From: Vicugna vicugna
Lineage: Eukaryota
Assembly (NCBI GenBank): GCA_013265495.1
Contig: MU058059.1
Span: 1,116,001 to 1,180,000, forward strand
DNA: 64,000 bases
Reading direction: 5' to 3'
Shown here: one piece after another, positions 49,701 through 62,210 of the stretch
Layout: every line of letters starts with the position of its first letter
How positions within the stretch are numbered: position 1 is the stretch's first letter
Notes under the pieces: generated by a model
The model's database searches: none
Told to the model about the DNA's origin: nothing
Seen by the model: only the letters and a program-made list of their open reading frames with translations
Position numbers and translations under genes: made by a program

Positions 49701-50554
49701 AGTAGAGGAGGGGTATCAGTCTCTGCACATGCCTGCACTAAGCCATGTACTGCTTATAAAACACAGAACTGTTTCTGCAGCTCCAGAGAAAGATGGTCAG
49801 ACATGTCTTTATTTTATCGAATTTTCTGTTTTCGGTTTTACCTCTTTAAAGGATGTTGACACCATTTTCAAAGAACGCCCACGGGAGGGTGGTTGTGTCT
49901 GAGACCAGCAATGCCCGCCCGTGAACCGTGGCATCAGACATCACAGCACGTCAGCCTTGTGGTCCCGCGGATACCGTTAGCATGTGGCTAAGATCAACAA
50001 GAGATCAAAGTGAATCGGCATCCAGTTTTAAGTGTTTTGAATAAGACTATTCCCTTGCTGAATTCCTCAGTATGACTCAGCCAAGTGATGGATAAATAAG
50101 AAAAATCTGCCTAAGAGCTAGAGTTAGAGAAACGGCACAAATCAGGTTCAGATGGATGCTGTGATGCTGGCTGTGAGTAATCAGCTTAACGCTAACGTCT
50201 TCGTGGACCTTTTAGGGTTAAGTGCAACTTCACGTTTGCCAGACTCCGTGCGATCTGCCCCTGCCCTTGCTTGATTCTGTTGGTAGAATCTACTGTATAC
50301 ATGAGTCTTGAAGTTTAGGGGTGAAACTGACTTTTCAAAGATGTTTAATTAGATTTTACCACTTTATCTGCATAAACGTTGTAATATGATAGTTACTTGT
50401 GGTAATTACTGCAAGACACAACTCCTTCTCCTAATTGCTCTTTTTTATCTAAAACTGCTGAATCTAGCCATCGTATCTTTCATCTTCACGCGGGCTGTTT
50501 GTTTCCACTTTGGCTTTACACCCAGAGAACCTTAACACCGCCCTCCCCGCCAAC

Positions 50555-50585
<31 letters not shown>

Positions 50586-50598
50586 CACCACCACCACC
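50555..50598. repeat. (CA)n then (CAC)n simple repeat
   Basis: Seen directly. Confidence 0.95.
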
Positions 50599-50734
50599 GT
50601 GTCCAGGAAGGATGCAGTAATATCATTCCATATTTGCACCTCTGTAGCTCATATTCCATTTTGTATTTTAGAACTCTGGATACATGATATGTCTGTCTCT
50701 TACCAAAGAGGCATTGTACTGGAGTGGTTTATAC

Positions 50735-50930
50735 CAAGGCTGGCAAATTTTTTTCTGTAAAGGACCAGGCAGTAAGTATTTTAGGCACTGCAGGCCATGC
50801 GGACCGCTTCTCAGCTCTGGCACTGTCATGCAAAAGCAGCCAGAGACAGCGTGGAATCCCACGGGCACGTATGTGTTCCAATAAAACTTTATTTATAAAA
50901 GCAGGGAGCGCACCAGATTTGCTAAGCCTG
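50735..50930. mobile_element. MER58A hAT-Charlie element
   Basis: ggcaaattttttctgtaaaggaccag...aaagcagcca...tgtgttccaataaaactttattt. Confidence 0.9.
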
Positions 50931-50957
50931 GGTGTAGGGCGTGGACTTTGCAGGCAT

Positions 50958-51120
50958 ACTGGCTCTGTGCCCTTGGGCAAGTCACTAACACCTCAGTTTT
51001 CTTGTCTTCACGGGAACAATGGTCACACCTACTTTCTAGGGTTGTTTCGAAGGTTAAATTAGCTAATATATGTAAAGTGACTAGCTTTATACCTGGCTAA
51101 AGATAAAGTTTGCTATTGTT
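50958..51120 (+). mobile_element. MIR
   Basis: ctgtgcccttgggcaagtcactaacacctcagttttctt...gttaaattagctaatatatgtaaagtg. Confidence 0.85.
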
Positions 51121-51446
51121 CTAAGCAACGTGAGAAAGAAATACACTATTTATTTTCATAGCACATAGAGTCCAAGTTACACAGATGCCCAGTAAGTATG
51201 TGTTGAATCGAATTATTCTGACGCTTTGTCCTTACTTCTTTACAAAGAATAACTAATTACTTTCTGTTCTTACTCTTCCCTCTGATCAATAGATCATGTA
51301 TATTTGTTCCTTCCTTACTCTTGCAGCAAAATTTTATTTTAAGATGCTGCAACCAATGTTTTTTCCCTCTTTGTGGTTTAGATCTAAACTTCTAAAGGGG
51401 GCTTTCTTAAAGAGATCAAATCTTTTGTTCTTACTCAATATTTTCC

Positions 51447-51987
51447 CGGTGGACAGACTCTGAGGCAACCCCAGCTACCCTCCCTTCCTGGTATTCCGGC
51501 CACATGTGGTTCCTTCTCTACGAACTTAGGTAGGACCTGTGACTTGTCTCTCAGCAATAAATGATGGCAAAGATGATGACATGTCACTTTCATGACTGTG
51601 TCGCATGAGATTGTAATTCCCATCTTGCCAGGAGGTTCCCTCCATTGACAGCTCCTCTGCCACGTGGAGAGACTCACAAGACAAGGAACTGAGGGTGGCC
51701 TCTGGCCACCAGCCAGCGAAGAACCGAAGTCCTCAGTCCAATAGCCTACAAGAAACTGAGTCCTACCAACAACCAGAGGAGTTTGGAGGCAGACACGTCC
51801 CTGGTCCAGGCTGAAATGAGACCCTAGCCCTGGCCACATCTTGGTTACATCCTAATGAGAGACTCTGATCAGAGGACCCAGCTCAGCTGTGCCCAGAATC
51901 CTGACCCACAGAAACTTCGAGATGAGACACGTGTTGTTTTGAGCGGCTAAGTCTGTGGTAATATTGTTATGCAGAAATAACGTAATA
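51447..51987 (+). mobile_element. MLT1F-like MaLR solo LTR
   Basis: caaggaactgagggtggcctctggcca...cctgacccacagaaact...ctaagtctgtggtaatattgttatgcag. Confidence 0.9.
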
Positions 51988-53953
51988 TTGAGCTACGGGA
52001 TTATAACAGCAATTATTGAACATGATTAGAATGGCTTCTTATCAATGATGATTGGTTTGTCAATCATCAAAAGTATTTACGAATTCATTTTTAATGGCAT
52101 CATGCTCATCAACCTGGTTCACTGTCGACTCTGTGATAATTACTGAAGTTCGTGCATAATCCAGCTTTTTAGAAATTCAGTTCTCCAGAAGAATTCTGAA
52201 TCCAGAAGACTGTGTCAGAGAGTGAACAAATTCAAAATTTTGTGGAATAGAACTAAGAAAAATTGAAGATTGAAGTATTACACTTGTTCTGTGATACAGA
52301 AGCAAGAGGTTAGTCTTGGTTCTCGAAGTAGACACATGGGAGCTGGGCTTGAGACCACTCACACCCTCGATGCTCCTTCTAAGCACGTCTCCTACATCAC
52401 TGTGCTCGGTGTTTGGAACTGGGCAGAGGCATCTGATACAATAATCACCCTTGGAGCCAGTATCCTTGACCTGAGAGCTGTGATGCACACTAACTTTCTA
52501 AGCAGCGCATTTCCTGCTGTGCAGTGCTTAAGCACTGGCGGAAATGGGTCCTAGGTAACTAGGGAACAGTGAGTCATGTTTTTCTTTCTTGCACATGTGT
52601 AATCATGAGTTGGATGGACCAGATCACTTTCTCCTCCCCCAGGGTGCTGTGAACACACAGCCCCGGTCCACAGACAGGTCTCTCAAAGTCATATTTCCAC
52701 GCTTACCACAGGTTTCCCTCAATCTCATAACCCAAAGGATAACGGGGCCATGTTGAAACGGAAGAGAGGTGACGCCGTAGATTTAGGATGTCGGGGTGGC
52801 TCATTGTAGTGTGTGTTTGCCTCTATATTGGGGATGGGTCACCAGAGGAGCTGATGATAGAATGTGAGGGTGGTGAGGATGCTTGGAGCCTCGTCCCATC
52901 ACATGTCAGGGGGCAGCAATAGCTGGGCCCCTCTCTCAGACAACTGGCTCATTTCATGAGGCGGCTTGGCACTCTTCCCTCCAGGATGATAAAACCCTGC
53001 TGGCCTGGACCGTCTAGTGGAGGTGAAGACAGCTCTTCTCCTCTCCTGCCTTAGACTCTTGGAGGACACACCCTAAGGAGGAGGGAAGGGAGGCTATGAT
53101 AAAAGAACAACCTACCCGCTCAAGGCGTGGAGGAAGTCTGAATACTGAAACTCCCCTTGTCTGTAGGCAACAGGCAGAGAGCTGAGCATCCGGTGGGGGG
53201 GTGACTTCACTTACAATCAAAGGTCACAGAATTAAGTTTTGAGCCAAGCTTTCTATGAAGTCATTTTTATGCATTTAGGGTTCTGTTTAGCTGATTAATA
53301 GCTTCAACTCTTCACTTGGCTTCATCTTCATAAGAGGGAAATACCTAATTGTGTCTCGGACTCACGTTAATTTGGTTCACATCTAATTGGGAGACTTTTG
53401 TTCTTCTGCAAGTATCATTTACGGGAATAATCCATGCCGTCATCATGTCTAGACGCTGAAAACTCACTCTGCTTACTTCTGACAGCCTGAAAATTGTAGT
53501 TGGTGAACGCTGTGGTTCTATTCTGAATGAACCCCAGGGCTTGTCCTGATCAAATTCATTGCCTGCTGCATTGGTTTCCTGGTTAATTCCAGATTCAGCA
53601 GAGTGCCAAGGCTTGTAACACTAGGCTGGTGTTGAGCAGAGTCCAGTGACTGCTGGAACTGTCTTGCCTCCACTGTCTCTGTGTGAACTAGACTGGAAAG
53701 GTTTGCTTATCTGAGAGCTCTGCTGTGCCCAGAATCTCACTATCAGATCCGGCTGGGCTTCCAGCATCCTCGTTGCAAAAAGAAATCGTACCCAGCCAGC
53801 CGGTCCAAGGCTTCTTGGCTGATGGTAATCTCATTTTTTTCCAACAGCCATCTTGTTTTTGAAACAATGTAATCTCCATGTGGTGCAGAGTTTAGCCTGA
53901 CAGCACTTCCAGATTATTAGAGTTACTTTAGACAGCTCATGGGAGGATCTGAT

Positions 53954-53975
53954 TGTGTGTGTGTGTGTGTGTGTG
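53954..53975. repeat. (TG)n microsatellite
   Basis: Seen directly. Confidence 0.9.
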
Positions 53976-55277
53976 GACACAAGTGGTAAATTCTGGTTTT
54001 TCATGCCTGCAATTGGCTGTAACTTTTTTTTTTTAAAGAGTACCTGTATTAAACCAGTTCCCGGGACCATCAGACTATGAAACACCTCAAGCTAACACAT
54101 CCCTCTACTGCTCTTGTAACCAACCCAAAGGTCAGAGGTGTGGTGTGCTCCTGTCCCAACGAAATGCTCTCCTTTCCGGTCAAGCCAGTCGCTTCTCTGA
54201 CTGTGGGGTATACATGTCACCCTCAAAGGCAAGTGTCTTTCAGCTTCCAGAAATTTTTTTTCAATGACTAAGGACTCCAGATCAACAACAGCAACAAAAA
54301 CTACCCGGTGCTCCCTGACAGGCTCCCTGTCTCCTCGATCTCACCTCCCTGTCACCCCAGCGTCCACTTCGGTCCCCATCTCTCACCTGGAAGCCTCCGT
54401 CAAAGAACTATGGACCCCACAAACAACCAGGAGAAACAAGGCAGTCGAAATGAGGCCTTTTCATGAATCCCACTCCCCAGTAACAGCTCAGTAAAGAAGA
54501 GTAAAGGGTGCCGGCTGTTTGGGGGTGCACACCCCCACGCTGGGCAGCTCGGGCACGCGCTTCTCCCGCCCACGAGGGATTCCAAGGAGCCCCCCCGACA
54601 ACATGCCACAGTCATGCCACCATGAGAAGCGGGGGTCTAATCGTGGTTGAATGTTTTCTCCTGCACCCCCTAGATGACGTTCAAGCAAAACACGTTTCCT
54701 TTCTATCTGATGGCGATACAATAGCCTTCCTTTAACTCTTCCCTCTCTGCAGAGCTCTGAGGTTAAAAGAAGTTAAGTCACGCTGCCCTTAGAGCTAAGA
54801 CATTCCCCCCTGTTGGCCGTTGTCTAGTCTGTTTCCGAGTGGGTTGGGTGGGCATTCCATCCTCAGGTTACTAGTGATTACTCACGGTCCATCGCAGTGA
54901 GTAATGCACGTTGAATACTCCCAGACCAGCAGGTGCAGGGGAAGGCCAGTCAAAGGATGAAAAAATAAACTCTTTCCTGGATCCCTCCAAGCCCTTCCTC
55001 CGTTAAGAAAGATGTCTTGGGTGAAGGCAGAAGCACTTGTATTTCCTACCTATGGCAGGATAGTTTTAAAGTCCCCTTCCTGTCCTGCAGGGCACCCCTC
55101 ATCAGCCTTTCAGACTGAGTCCAGGTTCATCTCCTGCAGGGGACCTCCTCTAGCCCCTGCCGGCTGCAGTGGGTTCCCACCCGTTTCCCTGTAGACTGCA
55201 CCAACCACTGTGTACTATTCCGTCCTGCTCCGGGGTCTGTCACCTCCAACTGGCTGCAAGGTCCTCAAAGCAAGAAG

Positions 55278-55404
55278 AGGAGGGAGGGTGTAGCTCAAGT
55301 GGTAGAGCATGTGCTTAGTGTGCACGAGGTCTGGGTTTCAATCCCCAGTACCTCCTCTAAAAAGAAAGAAACCTAATTCCCTCCCACCCACCAAAAAAAA
55401 AAAG
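55278..55404 (+). mobile_element. tRNA-derived SINE (camelid vic-1-like) inserted in an L2 3' end
   Basis: gggagggtgtagctcaagtggtagagc...gggtttcaatccccagtacctcc, poly(A); near-TSD aaagcaagaag/aaagcaaggag; flanks join into L2 tail text. Confidence 0.9.
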
Positions 55405-55604
55405 ATCTGAAAGCAAGGAGTCCATGTCTTATTCATTTCTGTGTTTTAGTGCCTGGCATGCAGTGGACACCCAAATGTCTTTGAGCGAATTGATGAGTAC
55501 ACGACAGCAAAGAATATCCCGAGCAGACTGCTCTAATGAAAGTGCGTGCTCCCCTGGGTCGCGGCTGACGTGCCTCCACTTCGTGTCTGGCAGGCTGGGG
55601 TTTC

Positions 55605-55705
55605 CAGCGTCCTGTGACCTCTGCCTCAGTTTTCCATCCATTCCGTGAAGATAATTATAACATTTGCCACCCTCTTTCCCACCAGTGAGTTCTGGGAATG
55701 AATGC
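55605..55705 (+). mobile_element. MIR fragment
   Basis: cctctgcctcagttttccatc...gataattata. Confidence 0.55.
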
Positions 55706-56204
55706 GGTCACAGGGAAATAAATAAACAGGACTTGGATTTTCCCAAATGCTGTCTAAAGAACAGAGGTGCTTGATTAAGCGTCTCACTTCTAGGATCTCT
55801 CTCCCTTGATGGGTCTTTTCTTGTGAGCTGATCAAAAACCACCACCACTTTCCGTCTTATCCTTGGAGGGTATGAGCTCATCCCTTGGATGAGGATACAT
55901 TTTATTGAATTAACTTCATTTCTTTCTCTGGGTTCAAGATCTTTTAAGGCCAGAGCCATGGGAGCCCTCGCAGGCCCAGCCTGGACGGGCCAAGATGCCC
56001 GGGGGCAGGGGGATGGAGGACACCGGGGAACTCAGATGGCCACGACCTCGCAGAAACTTCTGATGTTAAGTTCACTGGCTAGTTCCAGCTGTGACCAGTT
56101 CAGCACGTCATTCAGGCACCACCCGTTCACCCCAAATGTGCTGACCCCCTGATGTCCACTAAGCAAGCTGTTAAACCTTGAGATAAAATCATTCAAATTC
56201 CCTA

Positions 56205-56340
56205 TCATTAGTAAGTGCTCACTATGTGCCAAGCACTGTACTCCACGTTTTATGTGGTGATCTCAATTCACACCAAACTTCCTGGGGCAAGGAAATAGGA
56301 AATGAGACTTAAATCAGAGAAATAACTCAGCCCAGGTGAT
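56205..56340 (-). mobile_element. MIR fragment
   Basis: aagtgctcactatgtgccaagcactgtact...atctcaattca. Confidence 0.7.
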
Positions 56341-59300
56341 GAGGAAGAAAGAGGACTGACTGCAGAAGTCCGGTGCCTACGGGCCGCCCTTGGCTGCCTG
56401 CTGAGTGCCTGGAACATTGTCCTCTCCCCTGGAAGCTCGTCCGCAGCCCTCCTGGCCCTCCTGTATCTCCTTGCTTTCTCCTCCTCTCAAGAAGATTCGA
56501 CTGAGAGAAGAAAATTATTCTCCCAGGGCCAGAGAATTAAAAACAAGAGCCCACGAGAAAAAAAACTCAGTCATTAAAGTATTAAGTTTCCCATTGATCC
56601 CATCCCTGGGTTAATTGAGCTTTCAGGATGCTTGCAAACCCTCAGAACCACCTCCTCTTTGTCCCCAGGCCTCACTGTACCCAGTGGATGCATCAGCCAG
56701 TGGTCACCAGTTTCCATTTGGAAAATGGTCCATCCGAGGTTTAAAAGATCCCTGACACTCGGAGATGAGTCAGCATGCGGTGACTTTTAAGGCCAGCCAC
56801 GGGGGACACTGGGGATTCTTTTTTCACTTTCATGAGTGGACAGGTAGGCCTTGAGAACTGACCTGTCACTGCCTGGCTTTACCCTTCTGTCTGGAAAATA
56901 ATCTGTGCCCAGTCTTGATTTCAGCCAAGTCAGAAAGCAGTAAGTGGCAGGGCCGAACTGTGCCCTGGGGCCACAAACCATGGGTCTCCGGGGACTTGAT
57001 GGCTCAGATGTGCTGTTCTGAGCACTTTACAGAGGTCATCGTGCCTCGCTCACCGACCCCACTGCTGCTTTCATAACAGGAATGAATGACGGGAAGGGAT
57101 ATTTGGGATTAAATGTAACATCACTACTTTTAAAAAGTGGGCTTTGGCTTAGATCTGTCACAAGCTTGTGCAGATGTGCAAAGTCTACTGCTCTTACGAG
57201 AGGGAGGATGACATCACTCTGCAGTTTGGTGTACTGGTTAGAAAGAAAGAAAGAAAAAGAAATGGAGAAAAGGCATGCAATAGCATCCCAGCCACTCTTA
57301 CCATGGCTCTTCAACGTTTAACCACCTCCTTGGGCACCTAACTGAACAAAACAGAAATGACAAAAAAAAAAAAGGCATTTTCCGTCAAAGTCAAATGACA
57401 TCAGTAGGCTAGAAGCCACTTAAAACAGAAAGCTCTTCACCCTGGAGATCTGTAAGCACCTGGCTCGCTCAGCTTGGGTCAAAGGGAAGCTTAGGGTGCT
57501 GCGAAGTCGTCTAAGCTGGATTCGGGGCTTCACTGTACGCCATGCAGAACACAGCTTGCCTCTTGCTCGCTCACACCCAGAGGGAAACCTGGGCCGCGGG
57601 TCAGGAGAGAAAATGTGGTGTCGTGTGGTCAGATACCAGGATTTGGATGTGTCTGTCTAAGAAAATAAACATCTATAAGCGTTTCTGTCCGCTCTTGGAA
57701 AATAGATTTGAAATAGCTAATGCTTGTAGGGCGCCTCGTACTTTTAAAGAATCCATCGGTGAGCACAGTGCTGCGAGGCCTCGCGCCCCCGACAGCGACA
57801 TGGCTCGCCTTGCGCCGCCCGCTCCTCTCTCTCCCGTTAGCTCTGGCTTCACAGATCCTTTCATGTCAGCTTCCCCGGATGGCTGGAGTCCCCGAGGCAG
57901 GGGCCTTGGTGGGCCATCGGTACCAAAGGTATTAGAAGCAACGTGTATTTGTTGGGTTAAAGCCTTTACATTTCCGCAGATATTATCAAGATACCTGAAA
58001 TTTATATCTTCATTAAAGACTCAGCTTTGGCTAAGAACCTATTAGCAGGGAAAGACTTTCAGCAGATTCATTAATTAGGGTCAGTCTGCTGTCAACTTTA
58101 TTTGCTGTTCTGAACTGAGGTTCCCCTGGTTTTACACCATCATGACTACTTGTCAGTGAACGCTAATGAGCTTGAACTTTACAAGCACGTGGACTTTACG
58201 TTTTCAATAATAATTGTTACTATTAACATCTACACACGTCCCTGTTGCCTACAACAGGCCTGTGCTAATTAGTATTTTTTTCATATTCATAGTTGTCGTG
58301 AAGGGAAAGTTCTCAAGATAACTCTCGATAAGAATCATTTCCAAGGGTACTTCCGACGTACACTTGACCTTGGGAGTGCACAGGGCAGGAAGAGAGAGCA
58401 CAGCCAGGACTCGGATCCCTTTGGATGGTGCAGGAGTTTGTTGGGGGCACGGGGAGCAGGGGGCTCCTTACCTTCAATGATAATGTTCACCCTTTCTGGG
58501 GTTTCAAGGCATCCGGTTCTCTCTTATCTTCCTGGCCTTTTGAGGAGAATCCAGATTTGTTTGGCATAGAGGCTCTGCCTTGTTTTGTTTTATTTTTCTC
58601 AGCCTTCCCATGGCCTTTCCCACTGGCCACAGACCTCCAAGGGGCAGCCACCAAATAGCTGCAGTCACGCCCGCCAAATGCCATCTGGGGCCCCGTGGCC
58701 TCCTGCCTCCAGCTGCCCACCTCAGCCTCCTTCCTGCTCCCGGGCTTCCTCTGTTTACCCTGCCACCCTCTCACCTATGACGGGGAACTTCCACAGGGCT
58801 CCTCGGGCTTCTGCAGCCCCGAGGGCTCTGTGTACGTTGGTCTTGTTTCCAATCGAGCTCTCAGGTTGAGTGAGTCTGGCGAGGGGGTGCTTTAGGGTAC
58901 AAAACATGCAGTGTCTGCGGCCCTTCCAGCAAGGGTGCTGGGACGCTGCACCTGCCAGGCCCCAGGGGCCCCTGGAAAGGTGGGATGAGGGACAGGGATG
59001 AGGACAGATGACGTCATGACCATCTGTCTGCTCAGAGGCTCCTTCCCACAGCGCTGGTACCTGCGAACTTCCAGAAACAGAAGCCTGTTTTCCTTGGTGC
59101 CGGGAGGCTGCGGGGATGGGTCCAGGCACAGGGCTGCCTTGATTATCCCCTTTCTCGGCACAGTCATCGCTCTCCCAGCTTATGAAGCCCAAGTGTTGTG
59201 GTTCCAAAAAGAAATGCTACTTGCAAACAAGACATCAAAACAGTGCGACAGTATTTTGGGGTTTTTTTGGGTTTATATTTAACTTTAAAAACTTTGATCT

Positions 59301-60243
59301 TCTGGGATGAAAATGGGGTAAGCGTCTCTTTTAAAACTATGTCATGTCGTATGCTGTTCGGTGCATGAATGCTGGTGGAGGTGGGGGCAGACTGGAGTTT
59401 GGTGAAAGAGAAAAACAGATCATCTTTCCACAGCACTCAAGAGTCAAAGACCCTTTCTGAGGATGTCACCTGGCGAAGAAGTATTTCTAGAACTCAGAGT
59501 CACGAAGTCACTGCTGGGGCCTCCAGGCAGAGTGTGAGCCCGCAGGAACCTTCCACAGCATTCTCAAGTCTCCTGCTCACCATCTCGGAGTCTTGGTCCG
59601 TGTCTCCAAAGCTCCGCACGCACGCAGGAAAGGCAGTTTTGTAATGACGGGTGTTGCAGCAGCGGGCTTTTTTGGTACTCTTGACATTTCTGATCCACTG
59701 TTTTTATCGCAATAATCAGACCCTGCACGTACACCCTCTACCTTAGAAAGCTGGATTCCTGGCCTCCCAGAGAGCTTTTCTCAATCCACCGTTTCAGAAG
59801 GGATCTCAGGAGGTTCATTTACAGCAAAGATCTGATTCCTGCTGTGATGCTAATAAGTGGGCCCAGTTTTCTTACCTTTTAATAAAGTCATCAGCAGAGA
59901 CAAGTGGGCTTCAAAGCAGGGTAGGGGGCAGTGCAGAGAGGCATTTACGCTCCTTGGGACAAGGGCTCTCTTCTACATAACTGACAGTAAATAAAACTAA
60001 TGTCTAATTAAGAGCTTGGCATAGCTTAAAATAGAGCTCCTCGCTTGGGAATTAAATGCTTTGAATCCTCATGAGTGAAACTCTAATTGGACACGGTTTG
60101 GTGTCCTGGTCCAACAGCCGAGAGCAGGACGGGCCTTACTTGGGCGGGACCTAGAAGTTCAGGGAGGAAGAAAGTTGTCGACGGCGACAAGTGCGGAGAC
60201 AAGCGCCTGTGGCAGTGAGTTCCAAGCAGCGCACGGTGACAAG

Positions 60244-60257
60244 CCAGTAGGGGGCGC
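60244..60257 (+). promoter_or_regulatory. CTCF core motif
   Basis: CCAGTAGGGGGCGC is a full match to CCASYAGRKGGCRS, in unique CpG-containing sequence. Confidence 0.7.
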
Positions 60258-61552
60258 AGACAGGTGGCCCCGAGGCCAGCCTTCAGTTCTCAGTTGGACA
60301 GGTAGGAACAAGACCTAGAGAAAAAGAACCCTGCACACGGTTCAGACAGACGATATGACAAAGATCATTAGTGGGTAATGAGAGCTGACTCGTGAGGAAG
60401 GAAAAGGACCAAAGAAGGCAAAGCTTGGTTTCAGGAACAACAGAACAAAGTCAAGGATGCAAAGGACGCCACATCCTAAGAACTGCCTCCCCCACCCCCG
60501 CCCCTGCGCCCAACCAGACCCCTTGTTTGAGCTGCCCTTTGACCCTGAACTCCAGCCTTGCACCTGCCCTGCCCCACAGTCACCTTATAGTCGGAGGGTG
60601 GGGCGGGGCCAAGCACTGGCCCGCCTTCCAGATCAAGGTCAAGGCCAAGGGCTTCTCGGCAGCTCTGTGCCAGGTGCAGGGGCCCCGTGGCCCCCCACGG
60701 CCGGGTCTCTCTCCCCGTTGAATTTATTCCAACCATTCAACAGGGATAATGAGCAGCGAGAAATCCATCGGCACCGCATCAGCCCTGTAATCCTGACCTC
60801 ATTTAACAAATCTGATGATACTTCGCATATCAGCATGTTTGCTTTCTTTCCAGCAAACAGTCAAACATGATTAAACTCCCTCCTCATTTCCATATTAATA
60901 GCACACCCATGGGAAGAATTTTTGGAAAACACATTTCTGGAAATCTCAGTTTTGACTTAAAATTTTCCAGTCTGGCAATGAACAGGCACACACTGATGTG
61001 CAGAAACGTCCCCTTCCCTGGGGGCCTCTGAGGAGACGCGGGCCCGTTTCTGGCAGCCGCTTCCCGGGTCAGCCGCTCCCTCAGGCTGCTGTCTTCCCCA
61101 GCCGCTTCTTAGGTCCGCAACTGAAACGTGCTTCTTGCTCTTCCCTCCTTCTCGGGACTAGAGGCGAGAGCCCGCTACTCATCTGGGCGGGACCCCTCCT
61201 CATACCTAATGGTGACAATAGCACTATTCCAGCCCCTTCCAGAATCTGGAGTCAGAGACTCTTCCTATTCCAGCTGGGTGGTTCCATTTTCTCTCATTTT
61301 TCTTCTGATTTTGGTCTGAGACCAGTTTGCAGTTAAAGACTAGAGAGAAATAGGGGTACAGTCGAGTTCCAGATCTCCGTGAACGCATCTTGCAGGCTGA
61401 CAGCCAGTCACACCATCTTCCTCATGGAGATACGGCTGCTCTAAAGCCCCAACCTCAACCCCGGGCCTTGGCCAGGAGAGGGCACAGCTGCAGGCTCTGG
61501 AAACAGGCTGGGCAGGGTCCGTGTCTTGGCTCTTGTGGACAAGCCGTCTCAT

Positions 61553-61735
61553 TTTGAGCAAGCTTACCCAACACTGTCTCTCTGCCCATCAGAAGAGGAG
61601 GCATAATAGTATTACTTGCATTGATCTGCTTTGTAAGGTTGTCATGCGGAATTTTAAATAAATGATGCATATAGAGCATTTAGCTCAGGGCCTAGAATAC
61701 AGTAAGTGTCCAATAAAAGTTGGCTATTGTTACTT
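61553..61735 (+). mobile_element. MIR
   Basis: aaatgatgcatatagagcatttagctcagggcctagaatacagtaagtgtccaataaaagttggctattg. Confidence 0.8.
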
Positions 61736-62061
61736 TGTTTCAGTTGTTTTAAATAATATATCACTGTTCCTTGTTCCTCCCAGCATCCCAACAGTGGTGA
61801 AGAGAGGACAGCTCCCAGCTATGACCCAGCCCTCATGGTCCCCTCTGCCACCGGGCGGCAAGGAAGAGCGAAATTGTAGGGAGCTGACTCAGGCTCCTTC
61901 TGCCTCTGGTCTCCTGCTATATTCGGGGGACAAGAAGATGCACTTTTTAGCCCCAACTCTGTTTCCTACCCCTATGAAGTTTCTTAAAGCTGTAAAACTC
62001 TGGGATTTTTCCGAACTTGTTTCAAGTTCCTTGTCTTCCTGAATTGGGTGTAGTGAACAGC

Positions 62062-62210
62062 GGTTTATTTGTAGAGGACTTCACTGGGTGCTGTGAGGCA
62101 GATTTTGCAGGGAAGGAAACTGAGATCCAAAGTCAAGTGACTTGCTTGGGACCAGAACACTGGTCTTCTGAGTACAGATACCTTGTTTTTCCACGTGGCC
62201 CCACCATCTC
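62062..62210 (-). mobile_element. MIR fragment
   Basis: attttgcagggaaggaaactgagatccaaag...aagtgacttgc. Confidence 0.65.

Noticed and set aside
55282..55352. tRNA-like sequence (also ~8190-8262)
   Set aside because: Degenerate cloverleaf with an A tail and, at 55278, a near-TSD: a SINE head, not a tRNA gene.
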